From positions 320,417 to 384,416 of the forward strand of contig CAYVCQ010000002.1 of the NCBI GenBank assembly GCA_964450405.1: a stretch of DNA of 64,000 bases, in the 5' to 3' direction. The position numbers and the translations under genes were made by a program. Origin of the DNA: an uncultured Leptospirales bacterium (lineage in GTDB: Bacteria > Spirochaetota > UBA4802 > UBA5550). This document shows, one piece after another, positions 39,528-50,581 of this stretch (position 1 is its first letter; the number at the start of each line of letters is the position of its first letter). The notes under the pieces were generated by a model that was not told the DNA's origin, did no database searches, and worked only from the letters and a program-made list of their open reading frames with translations.

Positions 39528-41588
39528 TTGAAAAAAAATAATTATGAAGATGTTATCAGAGTAAAGAGTTTTTTAGCTTTTTCAATAACAGGAATAATAC
39601 TAATCGCTGTTGGATATGCTCTAAGTTTTATTCCTGATAAGCTTGACACTGAACTCATTAAAAATTTGTACAATCTGCCCCTGGATGCTTTCTATCCGGA
39701 AAAATCAGAAACCTATCAATATATGATAATTTCCGTATCATTTCCAATATTGTTTTGTCTTTTCTATTTAATCTTATCTAATAAAATAAATAATTTCAAC
39801 TTCATGAAATTAAGTAAAATTATTTACCCGACGGAGTTACTATTATTCCTCATCCTGTTTTCAGCTGTAACAATCAAAAAATATAAATTCTTCTGGGTTC
39901 TTTTTCCAAAATTTAATATTGCTTTAATGATATTAAGTATAATAATTATTCTTACTACAGTTTTTTTATTTAAAGAAAGTACGAATAAATCATACAAAAT
40001 AATAAATATCGGGATATTCATTTTCGGAGTAATTACAGTATTTTTTACTTCATGGCTTTTTATATCAAACAATTACTTTTTTAATGAGTATACTATTCAC
40101 CATTTTGATGCCTACTATTATCCTGTATATGAAGTTCTTAATGGAAAGACTCTTGATGTAGATTTTAATTCGCTATATGGATTTTATCCATATCTCATGG
40201 TATGGATTTTTAAACTATTGGGCGGAATTTCAATGTACAGGTTCAGTATATTTATGGCGATTCTTGTTTTAATAAACTGTGCCTCAATAGGTTTAGCAAT
40301 CTGGATAAATGTAAAAAATAAAATAATTGCCTTGATCGGATTCCTTGCATCTATATTTTATTTGTATATTTTTAATTTATCATCAATTGGAGGATACTTT
40401 CTTCAATATTTTCCTCATCGGACGATCTTCCCATCGTTGCTCATTTTAGGATGCTCCATTTGGCTTAATACAAATAATCTGAATTATAGAAAAATATTAA
40501 CTTTTATCGGATATGTGCTTTGTTCAATTTCACTATTGTGGAATATAGATACAGGTTTTGTTGTTGTAGCAGGATGGAGTCTTTTTCTATTTTACAATGA
40601 ATCGTTGACATATTCCTTCAACGATAAACAGTTATATTTCCAAGTTTTTAAAATAATTTGGAAAACAACATTATCAACATTGATCGCTTTTTTTTCGGTA
40701 GTTCTAATAACATATTTGAGAACAGGCCAATTAATAGGCCCAAAAGGAATGATGTCGTCACAGATATTGTTTAAGGGAACCGGTTTTTATATGCTCCCGA
40801 TGCCTTTATTTCACCCCTGGTTATTATTGGTGGTAATTTATGCAATAGGATTGGCGAAGTCACTGAGAAATTTGAGTTTTCTGAGCAATTCGGATAATGA
40901 ATTTTCAAAACCGAGAAGTTCTATCTATTTTTTACTTTCGATAGCGGGAATAGGATTGTTCTCATATTATCAAGGCAGAAGTCATGACATTATTTTCCGC
41001 TTTGTAGTTTGGCCTGCAATACTCCTAGTTACAATTTTCGCTGATGAATATTTAACAAAAATAAGCGATCAATCTAAGATTTATCAACAAACAGATAGCA
41101 CTTTTAAAATCAGAGTTAAAACGGATTTGTTAAAACTAGTACTTATAATTGTTGTTTTGTCGACACTATCTGTTTCATTTTTCGTTCAATCTTATAAAAA
41201 CAAGTTTATTAATAATCTAATAAGTAAAGATTCAATAATTGATTCTAAAGAGGTTCCTTTTAGGGAAAATTTAAATTTTATTAAAAAAAACAGTTTAAAA
41301 AATGAAAAAATAGACTTGCTGCTATTATATTTTACGGAATATTATTCAATTTTAAATTTGCAAAATCCCATGCCAATAAGCTCACAGGTAGACTGGTTTA
41401 CCAAAGAAGATTATAAAAAAGTCATAAGATGGCTGGAAATAACAGATCATAAATTATTTATTGATAAGGATATATCCTATTTACTCACTCAATATATGCC
41501 TGAAGAATATTCCAAGGTGATTAGCAGGAGATTCAGGCTTGTTGATACATATAATGATATTAAATGTTATGAGGTTAAAAATAAATAA
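39528..41588 (+). CDS. Large polytopic membrane protein with C-terminal soluble domain (possible GT-C-type glycosyltransferase/polymerase)
   Basis: 686 aa, TTG start with GGAG RBS, >10 TM helices then ~200-aa hydrophilic C-terminus; no motif I can name with certainty. Confidence 0.45.
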   Translation: MKKNNYEDVIRVKSFLAFSITGIILIAVGYALSFIPDKLDTELIKNLYNLPLDAFYPEKSETYQYMIISVSFPILFCLFYLILSNKINNFNFMKLSKIIYPTELLLFLILFSAVTIKKYKFFWVLFPKFNIALMILSIIIILTTVFLFKESTNKSYKIINIGIFIFGVITVFFTSWLFISNNYFFNEYTIHHFDAYYYPVYEVLNGKTLDVDFNSLYGFYPYLMVWIFKLLGGISMYRFSIFMAILVLINCASIGLAIWINVKNKIIALIGFLASIFYLYIFNLSSIGGYFLQYFPHRTIFPSLLILGCSIWLNTNNLNYRKILTFIGYVLCSISLLWNIDTGFVVVAGWSLFLFYNESLTYSFNDKQLYFQVFKIIWKTTLSTLIAFFSVVLITYLRTGQLIGPKGMMSSQILFKGTGFYMLPMPLFHPWLLLVVIYAIGLAKSLRNLSFLSNSDNEFSKPRSSIYFLLSIAGIGLFSYYQGRSHDIIFRFVVWPAILLVTIFADEYLTKISDQSKIYQQTDSTFKIRVKTDLLKLVLIIVVLSTLSVSFFVQSYKNKFINNLISKDSIIDSKEVPFRENLNFIKKNSLKNEKIDLLLLYFTEYYSILNLQNPMPISSQVDWFTKEDYKKVIRWLEITDHKLFIDKDISYLLTQYMPEEYSKVISRRFRLVDTYNDIKCYEVKNK

Positions 41589-41674
41589 TTCTCAATTGGA
41601 AGAGCTAAAATCTATGATGTCTCCTATATAGTCGTAAAATTTATATGTAACAAAAACTTGAGAGCGGCAATTTC

Positions 41675-41726
41675 GATCCAAGAAGATGTACAATTCCTGA
41701 TGATACATCTTCTTGGATCTTTTCCG
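41675..41726 (+). terminator. 16-bp-stem hairpin (GATCCAAGAAGATGTA ... TACATCTTCTTGGATC) followed by TTTTCC between convergent genes
   Basis: Perfect inverted repeat read from sequence. Confidence 0.5.
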
Positions 41727-41888
41727 GAAAATAAGATCAAACTCTTTGGATCATGATCGATTCAATTACACGATTTAATTGATCAATTTTTATTTTAACC
41801 AATGTAGAGCATAACATAATTTCTGGATTAACGTATCTATATATACTGATCTGATTATTCAGAATATTTCGCAATTATTTATATAATA

Positions 41889-43061
41889 TCAATCCGGCAT
41901 TACAAATTTTTTTAGTTTTTCCCCTGCAATACTCCATGTAAATTGCTTTGATCTCTCAAGTGATTTTCTCTTTAGATCCTTTATAATTTCTTGAGTTTCA
42001 GTTATCATTTTTAAAGAAGAAGAAACTTCATCTACATTACGCGGATCAACGATGATGGAATTATTATTTGTAATTTCAAACAATGGCGGTATGTCAGAGA
42101 TTAATACCGGACAACCGCACGCCATTGCTTCAAGCACAGGTAATCCGAATCCTTCATAAAGAGAAATAAAAATAAACAGATCAGCTCCCGAATAGAGCGG
42201 GCTCAGATCCGAATCATCAACAAATCCTGTTATTATTATATCATCAGCTATGGCAGAATTATTTATAATATCAAGTATTGGAGATGTATTCCATCCGATT
42301 TTACCAACAATAACTAACTGGTACTTATGTTTAGTATTAAATTTTTCAAATGCTCTACATACCATTTCAAGATTTTTTCTTGGTTCAATAGTAGCAACAG
42401 ACAGTATATATGGTCTGGAAATATTATATTTTTGCAGAGTTTTTCTGACTTCGGGAGCATCGTTTTTTATCGGAAAAAATGTCGACTGATCAAAACCAAG
42501 ATGAACCGTATGACATACTTTATCCTTATCAATAAACTTTTTCAATTCAGATGATACACTGTCAGATATAGTTATAATTTCATCCGCTCTACGGATATTC
42601 CGTCGCGCGACATGTTTAACAAGAAACTGATTTTTTTTACTCATCGTTTCGGGATAGAAAATATATACAAAATCATAGACAATATAAAATGCCTTTATTG
42701 CCTTATTTAAATATAACGGGAAGAGTAGACCATGTGTACCAATAAATACTTCTGATTTAATCCGCTTTGCAATAATTGGAATTATAAACCAGACATATAG
42801 AAATTTTATATTATACAAAATGTTTAGAATTTTTTTTGTGCGAAAATAACGCGGCAGCATATCTGAAAAATAATGTATTACGACATTACCGTTATCCGGA
42901 GAAAAATTACTCGATGGTGAAATTAAAAAAATGTGGTAAATATTTCCACTATCACATTCGAGCAGAGAGGTAATGTAACCTTTAACTGCCCGTCCGACAC
43001 CAGTTGATTTTTCTTCAGAGAGTACTGACGCTTCTATTGAGATTATTTTTGTTTTATTCAT
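41889..43061 (-). CDS. Glycosyltransferase family 4 (GT-B)
   Basis: 390 aa; EPRKN...FISLYEGFGLPVLEAMACGCPVLISD canonical GT4 C-terminal motif. Confidence 0.8.
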   Translation of the reverse strand: MNKTKIISIEASVLSEEKSTGVGRAVKGYITSLLECDSGNIYHIFLISPSSNFSPDNGNVVIHYFSDMLPRYFRTKKILNILYNIKFLYVWFIIPIIAKRIKSEVFIGTHGLLFPLYLNKAIKAFYIVYDFVYIFYPETMSKKNQFLVKHVARRNIRRADEIITISDSVSSELKKFIDKDKVCHTVHLGFDQSTFFPIKNDAPEVRKTLQKYNISRPYILSVATIEPRKNLEMVCRAFEKFNTKHKYQLVIVGKIGWNTSPILDIINNSAIADDIIITGFVDDSDLSPLYSGADLFIFISLYEGFGLPVLEAMACGCPVLISDIPPLFEITNNNSIIVDPRNVDEVSSSLKMITETQEIIKDLKRKSLERSKQFTWSIAGEKLKKFVMPD

Positions 43062-43192
43062 ATTGTTCCGATTGAGTAGATTGTGTTTAATAGTAAATAT
43101 CCAACTGTTTCAAAAATGAAGTGTAGAGAATATCTCCACTATTTCAAGTGTTAAAACATCATTCTTATCAGAGATTCACAAGTAGTTAGAAA

Positions 43193-44440
43193 TTATTTTC
43201 TTTTCTTTAATAAAAACAGCTGTGCGTCGTACGATATATTCAGCATTAAAAAACGAAGTAATAAAGCATACCTATCAACACCAACTATACGCTGAACTAG
43301 TCTCATAATATAATAAACTATCCGTATTTTTGTTCCATACTCACCAATCTGATCCCACCCTGTTTTTTCAGGATTAAGGCTTTTTGATTTCGGAAGAAGT
43401 TTATTTTTCTTTAAAAGTGCGTAGAAACTATCCACTTTTACTGAAAATGGATCGGGAAAGTATTTCCCTTCCAAAGTAATGGAGTTAAAGAGACGACGTT
43501 GGATTTTAATTATACTTTCACCATTTTCAAAATGTCCATATGTATATACTTTTTTAAAATCACCAGGAGCACCATTTAATAAAAGTCTCTCTCTGTAATT
43601 ATCGAAAACTTCTTTTAATTCCGGATACATTTCAAATGAAGCTTTGGAATGTTTATAGGAAATGTGATCCTGCAGTGATAGATTATATCCTGAAAAATGA
43701 TAAAATATTAGCGGTACAGATTTACTCAACTTATCAGTTACAGTATATTTATTTTTGATTTTTTTTAATGATCGTTCATGCAGATTCCAGACCGCCATAT
43801 TATATCCCGGATTTCTGGAAACTAGTAATCTCTCTCCTAAAAATGCCGGACCATAATTCATCCATTTCTGATCTACAAAAAGCGACTTTGTTCTTTCATC
43901 GAAACATGAATTGTAAAGTTTTTTCATCAGCCATTCAATAAATGGTTGAGTATATTTATCTTTTTTTAATGCAACAAAACCAAGATTATAAATACCGCCG
44001 AATAATAACACCTCTTCTTCTGTCGCATTATTATCGTTTTCAACAGGATGATTTATATGCGGAGTAAGAACCATGCTATATCTGTCTAATTCTTTGAATA
44101 TAGATGTAAGAGGGTTATAAACCGTAATATCAGGATCGAGATAAATTACCTTGTTATAGCCTTGTTTAAAGAGATGATCTATGATAAATGGTTTAACAGA
44201 AGTGGAAAATTCAGTAATGTCATACTTAAATGCCATGTTAATAAAACCTTCAATGCCGAGTGAGCGGGTTTCTATTATTTTATAACGTTCATTTTTAAAA
44301 TCTACAAGACCATCGAACTCATCTACAAGAAATATATAATAATCGATATCATTTTTATGTATTTTAAAAATAGAATCTCCAAGTGTACGCGCATAGGGGA
44401 GATAATTTTTTGCAACAATAGTAAAAACAGCATTTTTCAT
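43193..44440 (-). CDS. Putative GT-A-type glycosyltransferase (DxD-containing), family uncertain
   Basis: 415 aa; TIVAKNYLPYARTLGDS and YLDPDITV (DxD-like) blocks; no confident family assignment. Confidence 0.35.
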   Translation of the reverse strand: MKNAVFTIVAKNYLPYARTLGDSIFKIHKNDIDYYIFLVDEFDGLVDFKNERYKIIETRSLGIEGFINMAFKYDITEFSTSVKPFIIDHLFKQGYNKVIYLDPDITVYNPLTSIFKELDRYSMVLTPHINHPVENDNNATEEEVLLFGGIYNLGFVALKKDKYTQPFIEWLMKKLYNSCFDERTKSLFVDQKWMNYGPAFLGERLLVSRNPGYNMAVWNLHERSLKKIKNKYTVTDKLSKSVPLIFYHFSGYNLSLQDHISYKHSKASFEMYPELKEVFDNYRERLLLNGAPGDFKKVYTYGHFENGESIIKIQRRLFNSITLEGKYFPDPFSVKVDSFYALLKKNKLLPKSKSLNPEKTGWDQIGEYGTKIRIVYYIMRLVQRIVGVDRYALLLRFLMLNISYDAQLFLLKKRK

Positions 44441-44452
44441 ATGATTTCCTTT

Positions 44453-45076
44453 TTATCCTATTATTCGAATTACTCTGGCAGGACTTCCAGCCGCAATTGC
44501 ATTCGCAGGTATATTTTTATTAACAACTGCATTCGCACCGATTATTGCATTTCTGCCTACTGTAACTCCGGATAGAATTGCCACCCCTTCACCTATTAAA
44601 ACGTTGTCTTCAATAACAACAGGTCCTTTAGAATAAAGATTCCGGTTATTTGGAATTACCAGCAAATCTTCGCTTGTAGTATCTCCATGAGAATGGTCAG
44701 TAATAAATACCCTGCTTGCAATAAGAACATTATCGCCAATTTCAATACTATCAATGCAACCAATGTGACAATCAGTATTAAAAATCACATTATCTCCAAT
44801 TTTAATCGAAGGTGAAAACACCTGTTCATGAGACCTGTCCCTTGCTTCGATTCTAAAATTTACTAAAGCTGAAAAGTTTTTACCGATGGACATATATTTC
44901 GGATTCATAATTATTGAATTTGAAGAAAAAGAAGCATTTGAGCCTATATGGGCAAATTTTCTACTTATGGAATAAGTAAATAATTTATTTTTAAAATATA
45001 TTATTCCAGATTGAAATGAATCTGAAAGAATAAAAGAAAGAATGTAACTGAAAAATTTAACTATTGATTTAATCAT
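44453..45076 (-). CDS. Hexapeptide-repeat sugar O-/N-acetyltransferase (LbH family)
   Basis: IGDNVLIASRVFITDHSHGD...VIEDNVLIGEGVAILSGVTVGRNAIIGANAVV hexapeptide repeats. ATG at 45076 preferred over the TTG start at 45151. Confidence 0.7.
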   Translation of the reverse strand: MIKSIVKFFSYILSFILSDSFQSGIIYFKNKLFTYSISRKFAHIGSNASFSSNSIIMNPKYMSIGKNFSALVNFRIEARDRSHEQVFSPSIKIGDNVIFNTDCHIGCIDSIEIGDNVLIASRVFITDHSHGDTTSEDLLVIPNNRNLYSKGPVVIEDNVLIGEGVAILSGVTVGRNAIIGANAVVNKNIPANAIAAGSPARVIRIIG

Positions 45077-45566
45077 TTTGATCAAAACAGAACCTCTTGA
45101 AGGAATTGGCAATACTAGATCACAAGGAATACTATTACATAGATATATCAAATATCAACTAGATGTACAATAAAATTTCACATTTGACACTACTCAAACA
45201 CAATTTTATACAAGATTAAATAACTAAATTATTTTTTAACAATTCAATTACAACATCAATCTTTTTTTATTTTTATTAAAACAATTTATATATTTTTCTC
45301 CACAATTACTAGTATAATAATTCAATATTGAATTGATTTATCTTTCCAAATTTAAGTTTAAAATCTTTATACTTATTTTGAGAAAAAATGTTGATTTTTT
45401 TAGCATATATTTAAATAAGTTAAATAACTGATATTTTTAAGGACTATCTTATTAATCACAGAGTCATTTTGTATTATAAGGATTTCGATCAAACTTCTAA
45501 TTTTTATGCACTTCCTGTAAAATGTAAACTCTACACCGCTGAACAATAAAATATGGAGTATGTTTA

Positions 45567-47000
45567 ATGCTGTTTAACTCAATTGATTTTGCAATATTCT
45601 TTCCGATAGTATTTGTTCTATATTGGTTTATGATAAAAGAATTGAAATATCAGAATATATTATTACTTATCTCAAGCTATTTTTTCTACGCCTGCTGGGA
45701 CTATCGATTCCTCTTTTTATTAGTCTTTTCTACCCTATTGTCTTATTTAACTGTTATTAAAATGTATGAATCAAAAAATTCAAGTATTAAGAAATCATGG
45801 TTTTGGTTTAATATTTTGGTTAATTTAGGATTTCTCGGTTTTTTTAAATATTACAATTTTTTTGCAAATTCTTTTTCCGAGGCTCTTTCACTTTTAGGAC
45901 TACATGCTGATCCCTGGACTTTAAAAGTGATATTACCGATAGGTATATCCTTCTATACGTTCCATGGCTTATCATATGTTATTGATGTGTATAATAATAA
46001 AATAGAACCTTGTAAAAACGTTGTTGAGTATTCTGTTTTTGTATGTTTTTTCCCATTACTCGTCGCAGGTCCTATTGAAAGAGCAACACATCTCTTGCCT
46101 CAAATTCAGAAACCACGGCAATTTGATTATACTCAAGCCTCTGATGGTTTAAAACAGATTTTATGGGGATTATTTAAAAAAATTGTTATTGCCGATAACT
46201 GTGGCGAATATGCCAATTTAATATTTAATACTTCAGCAAACTATTCAGGCAGCACCCATATAATTGGTGCACTATTTTTTACTATTCAAATTTATTGTGA
46301 CTTTTCTGCCTACTCTGATATTGCACTTGGTACGGCACGTCTTCTTGGGATCGAATTATTAAGAAATTTTGCATTCCCGTACTTTTCAAGAGATATCGCT
46401 GAGTTTTGGAGACGGTGGCATATTTCACTTACAACATGGTTCAGAGATTATCTATATATCCCTCTAGGCGGAAGTAAAGGCGGAGTATTGATTAAAATAA
46501 GAAATACTTTTATCATATTTATTGTAAGCGGTTTTTGGCATGGCGCAAATTGGACTTTTATTGCATGGGGCGTATTAAATGCAATATACTTTTTACCATT
46601 ACTTTTATTGAATAAAAATAGAAACAACATTGAGATAGTCGCAAAAGGAAAAAATCTTCCATCAATTAAAGATATATTCAATATTGGAACAACATTTTGC
46701 TTAACGGTTTTTGCCTGGATTTTCTTCCGATCGGAAAGCATCAGCTATGCACTCACATACATTTCAGAGATTTTTTCAAAATCATTGTTTACAAAACCTG
46801 AAATATTACCTAAAAACCTCTTAATACTTATCGGCCTATTTTTTATTATTGAATGGGCGGGCAGAGAATCTCAATTTGCTATTCAACAATTTTTAATAAA
46901 ACGCTACGTGGTGTTTCGCTGGTCATTTTATTATGCAATAATATTTATGATATTGATATTCGCAGGTACTAATCAGCAATTTATCTACTTTCAATTTTAA
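45567..47000 (+). CDS. MBOAT family membrane-bound O-acyltransferase (AlgI/DltB-like)
   Basis: 477 aa; polytopic, with conserved His region (FWHGANWTF) typical of MBOAT; GGAG RBS. Confidence 0.8.
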   Translation: MLFNSIDFAIFFPIVFVLYWFMIKELKYQNILLLISSYFFYACWDYRFLFLLVFSTLLSYLTVIKMYESKNSSIKKSWFWFNILVNLGFLGFFKYYNFFANSFSEALSLLGLHADPWTLKVILPIGISFYTFHGLSYVIDVYNNKIEPCKNVVEYSVFVCFFPLLVAGPIERATHLLPQIQKPRQFDYTQASDGLKQILWGLFKKIVIADNCGEYANLIFNTSANYSGSTHIIGALFFTIQIYCDFSAYSDIALGTARLLGIELLRNFAFPYFSRDIAEFWRRWHISLTTWFRDYLYIPLGGSKGGVLIKIRNTFIIFIVSGFWHGANWTFIAWGVLNAIYFLPLLLLNKNRNNIEIVAKGKNLPSIKDIFNIGTTFCLTVFAWIFFRSESISYALTYISEIFSKSLFTKPEILPKNLLILIGLFFIIEWAGRESQFAIQQFLIKRYVVFRWSFYYAIIFMILIFAGTNQQFIYFQF

Positions 47001-47009
47001 GACAGGGTT

Positions 47010-48020
47010 ATGAAAAAATTTATTATATCCTTTTTATTATTTCTAAGTCCATTAATTTTAATTCTGGGGATTTATATTTATTTAGATCCATTTAAAGTCA
47101 TTAAATCATACACAACATTTTTTGATGAAAGTGAAAAAGGACGAGTCGGATTAAATCAGGATTATATCAGCACCACTACCTTTGATAATAACTATAAAAC
47201 AGAAAATTACAATTCATTTATTTTTGGTAATTCCCGTTCTATTTTTTATCAGATTTCTGACTGGAAAAAACACCTTTCGCCAGATAGTCGTTGTTATCAC
47301 TTTGACGCTTCCGGAGAATCACTATTCTCAATAAACAAGAAAATTCAATATATCGATAAAAAAGGTTTGGAGATAAAAAATGTTCTACTAATATTGGACT
47401 TTAGCACTCTCATTCAAGACAAATCTAAATCTGGTCATTTATTTATAATATCACCTCAATTAGTTGATTATTCAAATATAAAGGATTTCCATTTTACATT
47501 TTTTAAAGCCTTTTTAACTCCAAAACTTTTTTATGCATTTATCGATTTTAAAATAACCGGCAAAGTAAAACCATATATGAAAAAAGACTTCCTGCTTGAT
47601 GATAGACCACGAAATTATGATATTAAAATAAACGAATTACGATATGACTTTTTTGAAGATTTAATAAATAGTAACAATTATTACACTCCCGAAAGATTGT
47701 CTGTTTTTCATGATAGAAGTGCTACTCAAAATTATTCACCAATATCGATCAATAAAAACCAGAAAACTTTTCTTGGGAATATCCACAATATTTTTATTAA
47801 GCATAACACAGATTATAAGATTATAATAAGCCCATTATATGACCAAATTAAATTAAATTCGGAAGATTTTGAATACCTCAAGATTCTATTTGGAGAGAAT
47901 AACGTTTTTGACTATTCCGGGATTAATGAAATTACAAAAGATTACAGAAATTACTATGAAAGTGCACATTATAGACCTCACGTTTCACGAAAGATTATGA
48001 ATGAAATATATAAAAAGTGA
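47010..48020 (+). CDS. MBOAT-partner extracytoplasmic protein (AlgJ/AlgX/DltD-like role), putative
   Basis: 336 aa with single N-terminal TM helix, immediately downstream of MBOAT gene (conserved pairing). Possible SGNH-like block FGNSRS. Confidence 0.4.
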   Translation: MKKFIISFLLFLSPLILILGIYIYLDPFKVIKSYTTFFDESEKGRVGLNQDYISTTTFDNNYKTENYNSFIFGNSRSIFYQISDWKKHLSPDSRCYHFDASGESLFSINKKIQYIDKKGLEIKNVLLILDFSTLIQDKSKSGHLFIISPQLVDYSNIKDFHFTFFKAFLTPKLFYAFIDFKITGKVKPYMKKDFLLDDRPRNYDIKINELRYDFFEDLINSNNYYTPERLSVFHDRSATQNYSPISINKNQKTFLGNIHNIFIKHNTDYKIIISPLYDQIKLNSEDFEYLKILFGENNVFDYSGINEITKDYRNYYESAHYRPHVSRKIMNEIYKK

Positions 48021-48161
48021 AAGCATTTTTTTTACTCTCCCTCTTTGCCATTCCGGAGTTAAAAAAAATGCAGCAATGATCCTTTAAATAGTTTTAATAA
48101 ATATAAGGGGAGATTTACTCCACGCTACAGTAGTAGAAGGTGTGATGATTGAACCTCAGGA

Positions 48162-49169
48162 TTATTTTTGTAAATAATGTTTTTCAATAATATCTTTAAG
48201 ATTATCTTCTTTAGATAGTTGTTCTATATATTTTTTATTAAACTGTTTTCTTTTATTTTTATTGATTTTCCTTTCAAAAATTATTTCAATCAATAAAATT
48301 GGCCTCATAAATAGATAATAAATTATTTTTTTAACTAATGAATTATAATTTTTAAAATAAAATATTTTGTCCTTAATAATATTGTATTTTTTAAAATATT
48401 GGTTTTGTAATAACCAACTAAAAAAACTGATATGATCTTTTACAAGGGCCGATTTAAATTTATTAGAAGTTGATAATCCTTCGCCAACCTCATACAAAAC
48501 TACATATTCATTCAAGTTTGCAAATTGCACATTTTTTAAAACTAACAATACCTGAACAATATCTTCAGTATAAATCACAGTTCCAGGTAATAAATTTTCT
48601 TCGATCAACATTTTTTTATAAAAAAATGTTGATCCGCTGATATAATGGCCACGCTTTAAAATTCGATGAATTGCTTTGCCGGTGTCAATATAATCATTGA
48701 TATAATACGGCTCCGGATTAATAATTTCTTTTATAAACTCAATCTCTTCATTCTCGGAATTCCATCTGTAAGAACAGTTAAATCCAAAAATAAAATCTCT
48801 ACCTGATTCATGGAGTTTATTTACATAATTTGAAATCGTATTTTTTGAATATAATAAATCACCAGCGCCAATTGGTTTAATATAAACACCGTTGGCTTTT
48901 AATAAAGCATTCTGATAATTAGCAACAGTCCCTAAATTTATTTCATTTTTAATAAATACAATTTTAGTGTACTTATTTTTTTTAATATAATGTTCAATAA
49001 TACTAACAGTATCATCAGATGAAGCATCATCTGATATGATTATTTCTATATTCTTATATTTCTGTTGCTTAATAGATTCTAAGGTTAACAATACTTTGTT
49101 TGAAGAATTGTATGTTAATACTATAACACTAACCAGATCGTTTAATCTCATAATTCTCAAACCTGCCAT
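48162..49169 (-). CDS. Glycosyltransferase family 2
   Basis: 335 aa; VSVIVLTYNSSNKVLLTLESIKQQKYKNIEIIISDDASSDDT GT2 N-terminal signature. Confidence 0.85.
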   Translation of the reverse strand: MAGLRIMRLNDLVSVIVLTYNSSNKVLLTLESIKQQKYKNIEIIISDDASSDDTVSIIEHYIKKNKYTKIVFIKNEINLGTVANYQNALLKANGVYIKPIGAGDLLYSKNTISNYVNKLHESGRDFIFGFNCSYRWNSENEEIEFIKEIINPEPYYINDYIDTGKAIHRILKRGHYISGSTFFYKKMLIEENLLPGTVIYTEDIVQVLLVLKNVQFANLNEYVVLYEVGEGLSTSNKFKSALVKDHISFFSWLLQNQYFKKYNIIKDKIFYFKNYNSLVKKIIYYLFMRPILLIEIIFERKINKNKRKQFNKKYIEQLSKEDNLKDIIEKHYLQK

Positions 49170-49295
49170 TAATCATTTACTTTTTAAAATTTTAACTATG
49201 AAAAATAACAGAAACCACTGTTTCTATATATTATTCCTATTCAGGCCATTCTTAAAAAATCAATAGAACTTTTAAATCATTACATCTAAAAAATC

Positions 49296-50564
49296 TTATA
49301 ATTCATTAATTATTTTTTTACTTTTATTCATAAAACTGAAAATTAAAACCATAATAACGAAGTATAAAACGTAATTTATTAAATATCCGTATGTAACTCC
49401 CACCAATCCGAACCTGTGGATCAGAAGGATACTTAATACAACATAACTGAAACTGAAAGCTATTTCTGTAATTATAAACAATTTCGTCATGGCTTTTGCC
49501 ACCATTATATAGGCAAGCAGCCAGCTTGAAATTTTAAATACATCACCAATCAATTGAAACGCGAACAGACCCGACATTGGTGCAAAATCTTTTGTGAATA
49601 ATATAGTGATGGCAAAATCACGAAGTAGATATATTGATAATGCGCCAACTATAGTAAGCGGAAGAATTATTTTATATCCATTTAATATTTCAGCCCGAAT
49701 CTCTTTTTTACTATGTAATCCTGATAATTTCGGTAAATAATAAACACTCAGTGTAGTTGTCACCAACATTAAATAAATCGACGAAATTCTGGTAACGCCC
49801 TCCCAGTATCCAGCATCATTCCATGATATATGATCTCCAATATAATTTCTTATAATCACCTGTGAAACAGGAACTGTAAAGGCTGAAACAATAGCCATTA
49901 GTGCAAATTTACTAAGCTTAATAACTGATGCTGTATCATATTTATCAAAAAAAAATTTTAAATTAAACCATTCACTCTTAACAACAAAGGATAGAGTAAC
50001 AACGAACACCACGGACTGTCCTATTGTTAGAGAAATCAATGCACCGTAAATCCCCGCATAATAGGATAAGAATCCGGTTAAAATCAGAGTGACCGTGCTA
50101 GATGTTATATTGACAATTGTAAGCTTCTTTATTTCCCCCTGTCCGTTCAATATAGAAATTAAAAGACTGTTCAAAACAAAAAAGATTAGAGTAAATCCAA
50201 ATACAAGAAAGACATTACTGTAATCTTTAGTTTTAAAAAAATAAACCGATAACCATTTGTTCAAAAAAATAATACTAACTGATACAATAAATGTACATGC
50301 GGAACTTACCAGAACAGCTGTTGACCAGAGTTTTCTTTTTTCATTTATATCATCTTTGTATTCGGCGGTATATTTGACCACACCCTGATTGATTGCACCC
50401 GAGGCGAAGCTCATTACAAACTGGATGAAATTCTGGAACTGACCAATATATGCTAGTCCCGCAGGACCGACATAGACTGCAATAATTTTATTCAGGAAAA
50501 AACCGGTAAAAATTTTAAATAACGTGGATATTCCGGAAAGTATAGATGTTTTTATTAATGTCAT
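49296..50564 (-). CDS. wzx: Wzx O-unit flippase (polysaccharide biosynthesis protein, PST family)
   Basis: 422 aa, 12 TM; N-terminal LNKIIAVYVGPAGLAYIGQFQNF typical of Wzx-type flippases. Confidence 0.65.
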   Translation of the reverse strand: MTLIKTSILSGISTLFKIFTGFFLNKIIAVYVGPAGLAYIGQFQNFIQFVMSFASGAINQGVVKYTAEYKDDINEKRKLWSTAVLVSSACTFIVSVSIIFLNKWLSVYFFKTKDYSNVFLVFGFTLIFFVLNSLLISILNGQGEIKKLTIVNITSSTVTLILTGFLSYYAGIYGALISLTIGQSVVFVVTLSFVVKSEWFNLKFFFDKYDTASVIKLSKFALMAIVSAFTVPVSQVIIRNYIGDHISWNDAGYWEGVTRISSIYLMLVTTTLSVYYLPKLSGLHSKKEIRAEILNGYKIILPLTIVGALSIYLLRDFAITILFTKDFAPMSGLFAFQLIGDVFKISSWLLAYIMVAKAMTKLFIITEIAFSFSYVVLSILLIHRFGLVGVTYGYLINYVLYFVIMVLIFSFMNKSKKIINEL

Positions 50565-50581
50565 AATCCGATCTGATTTTT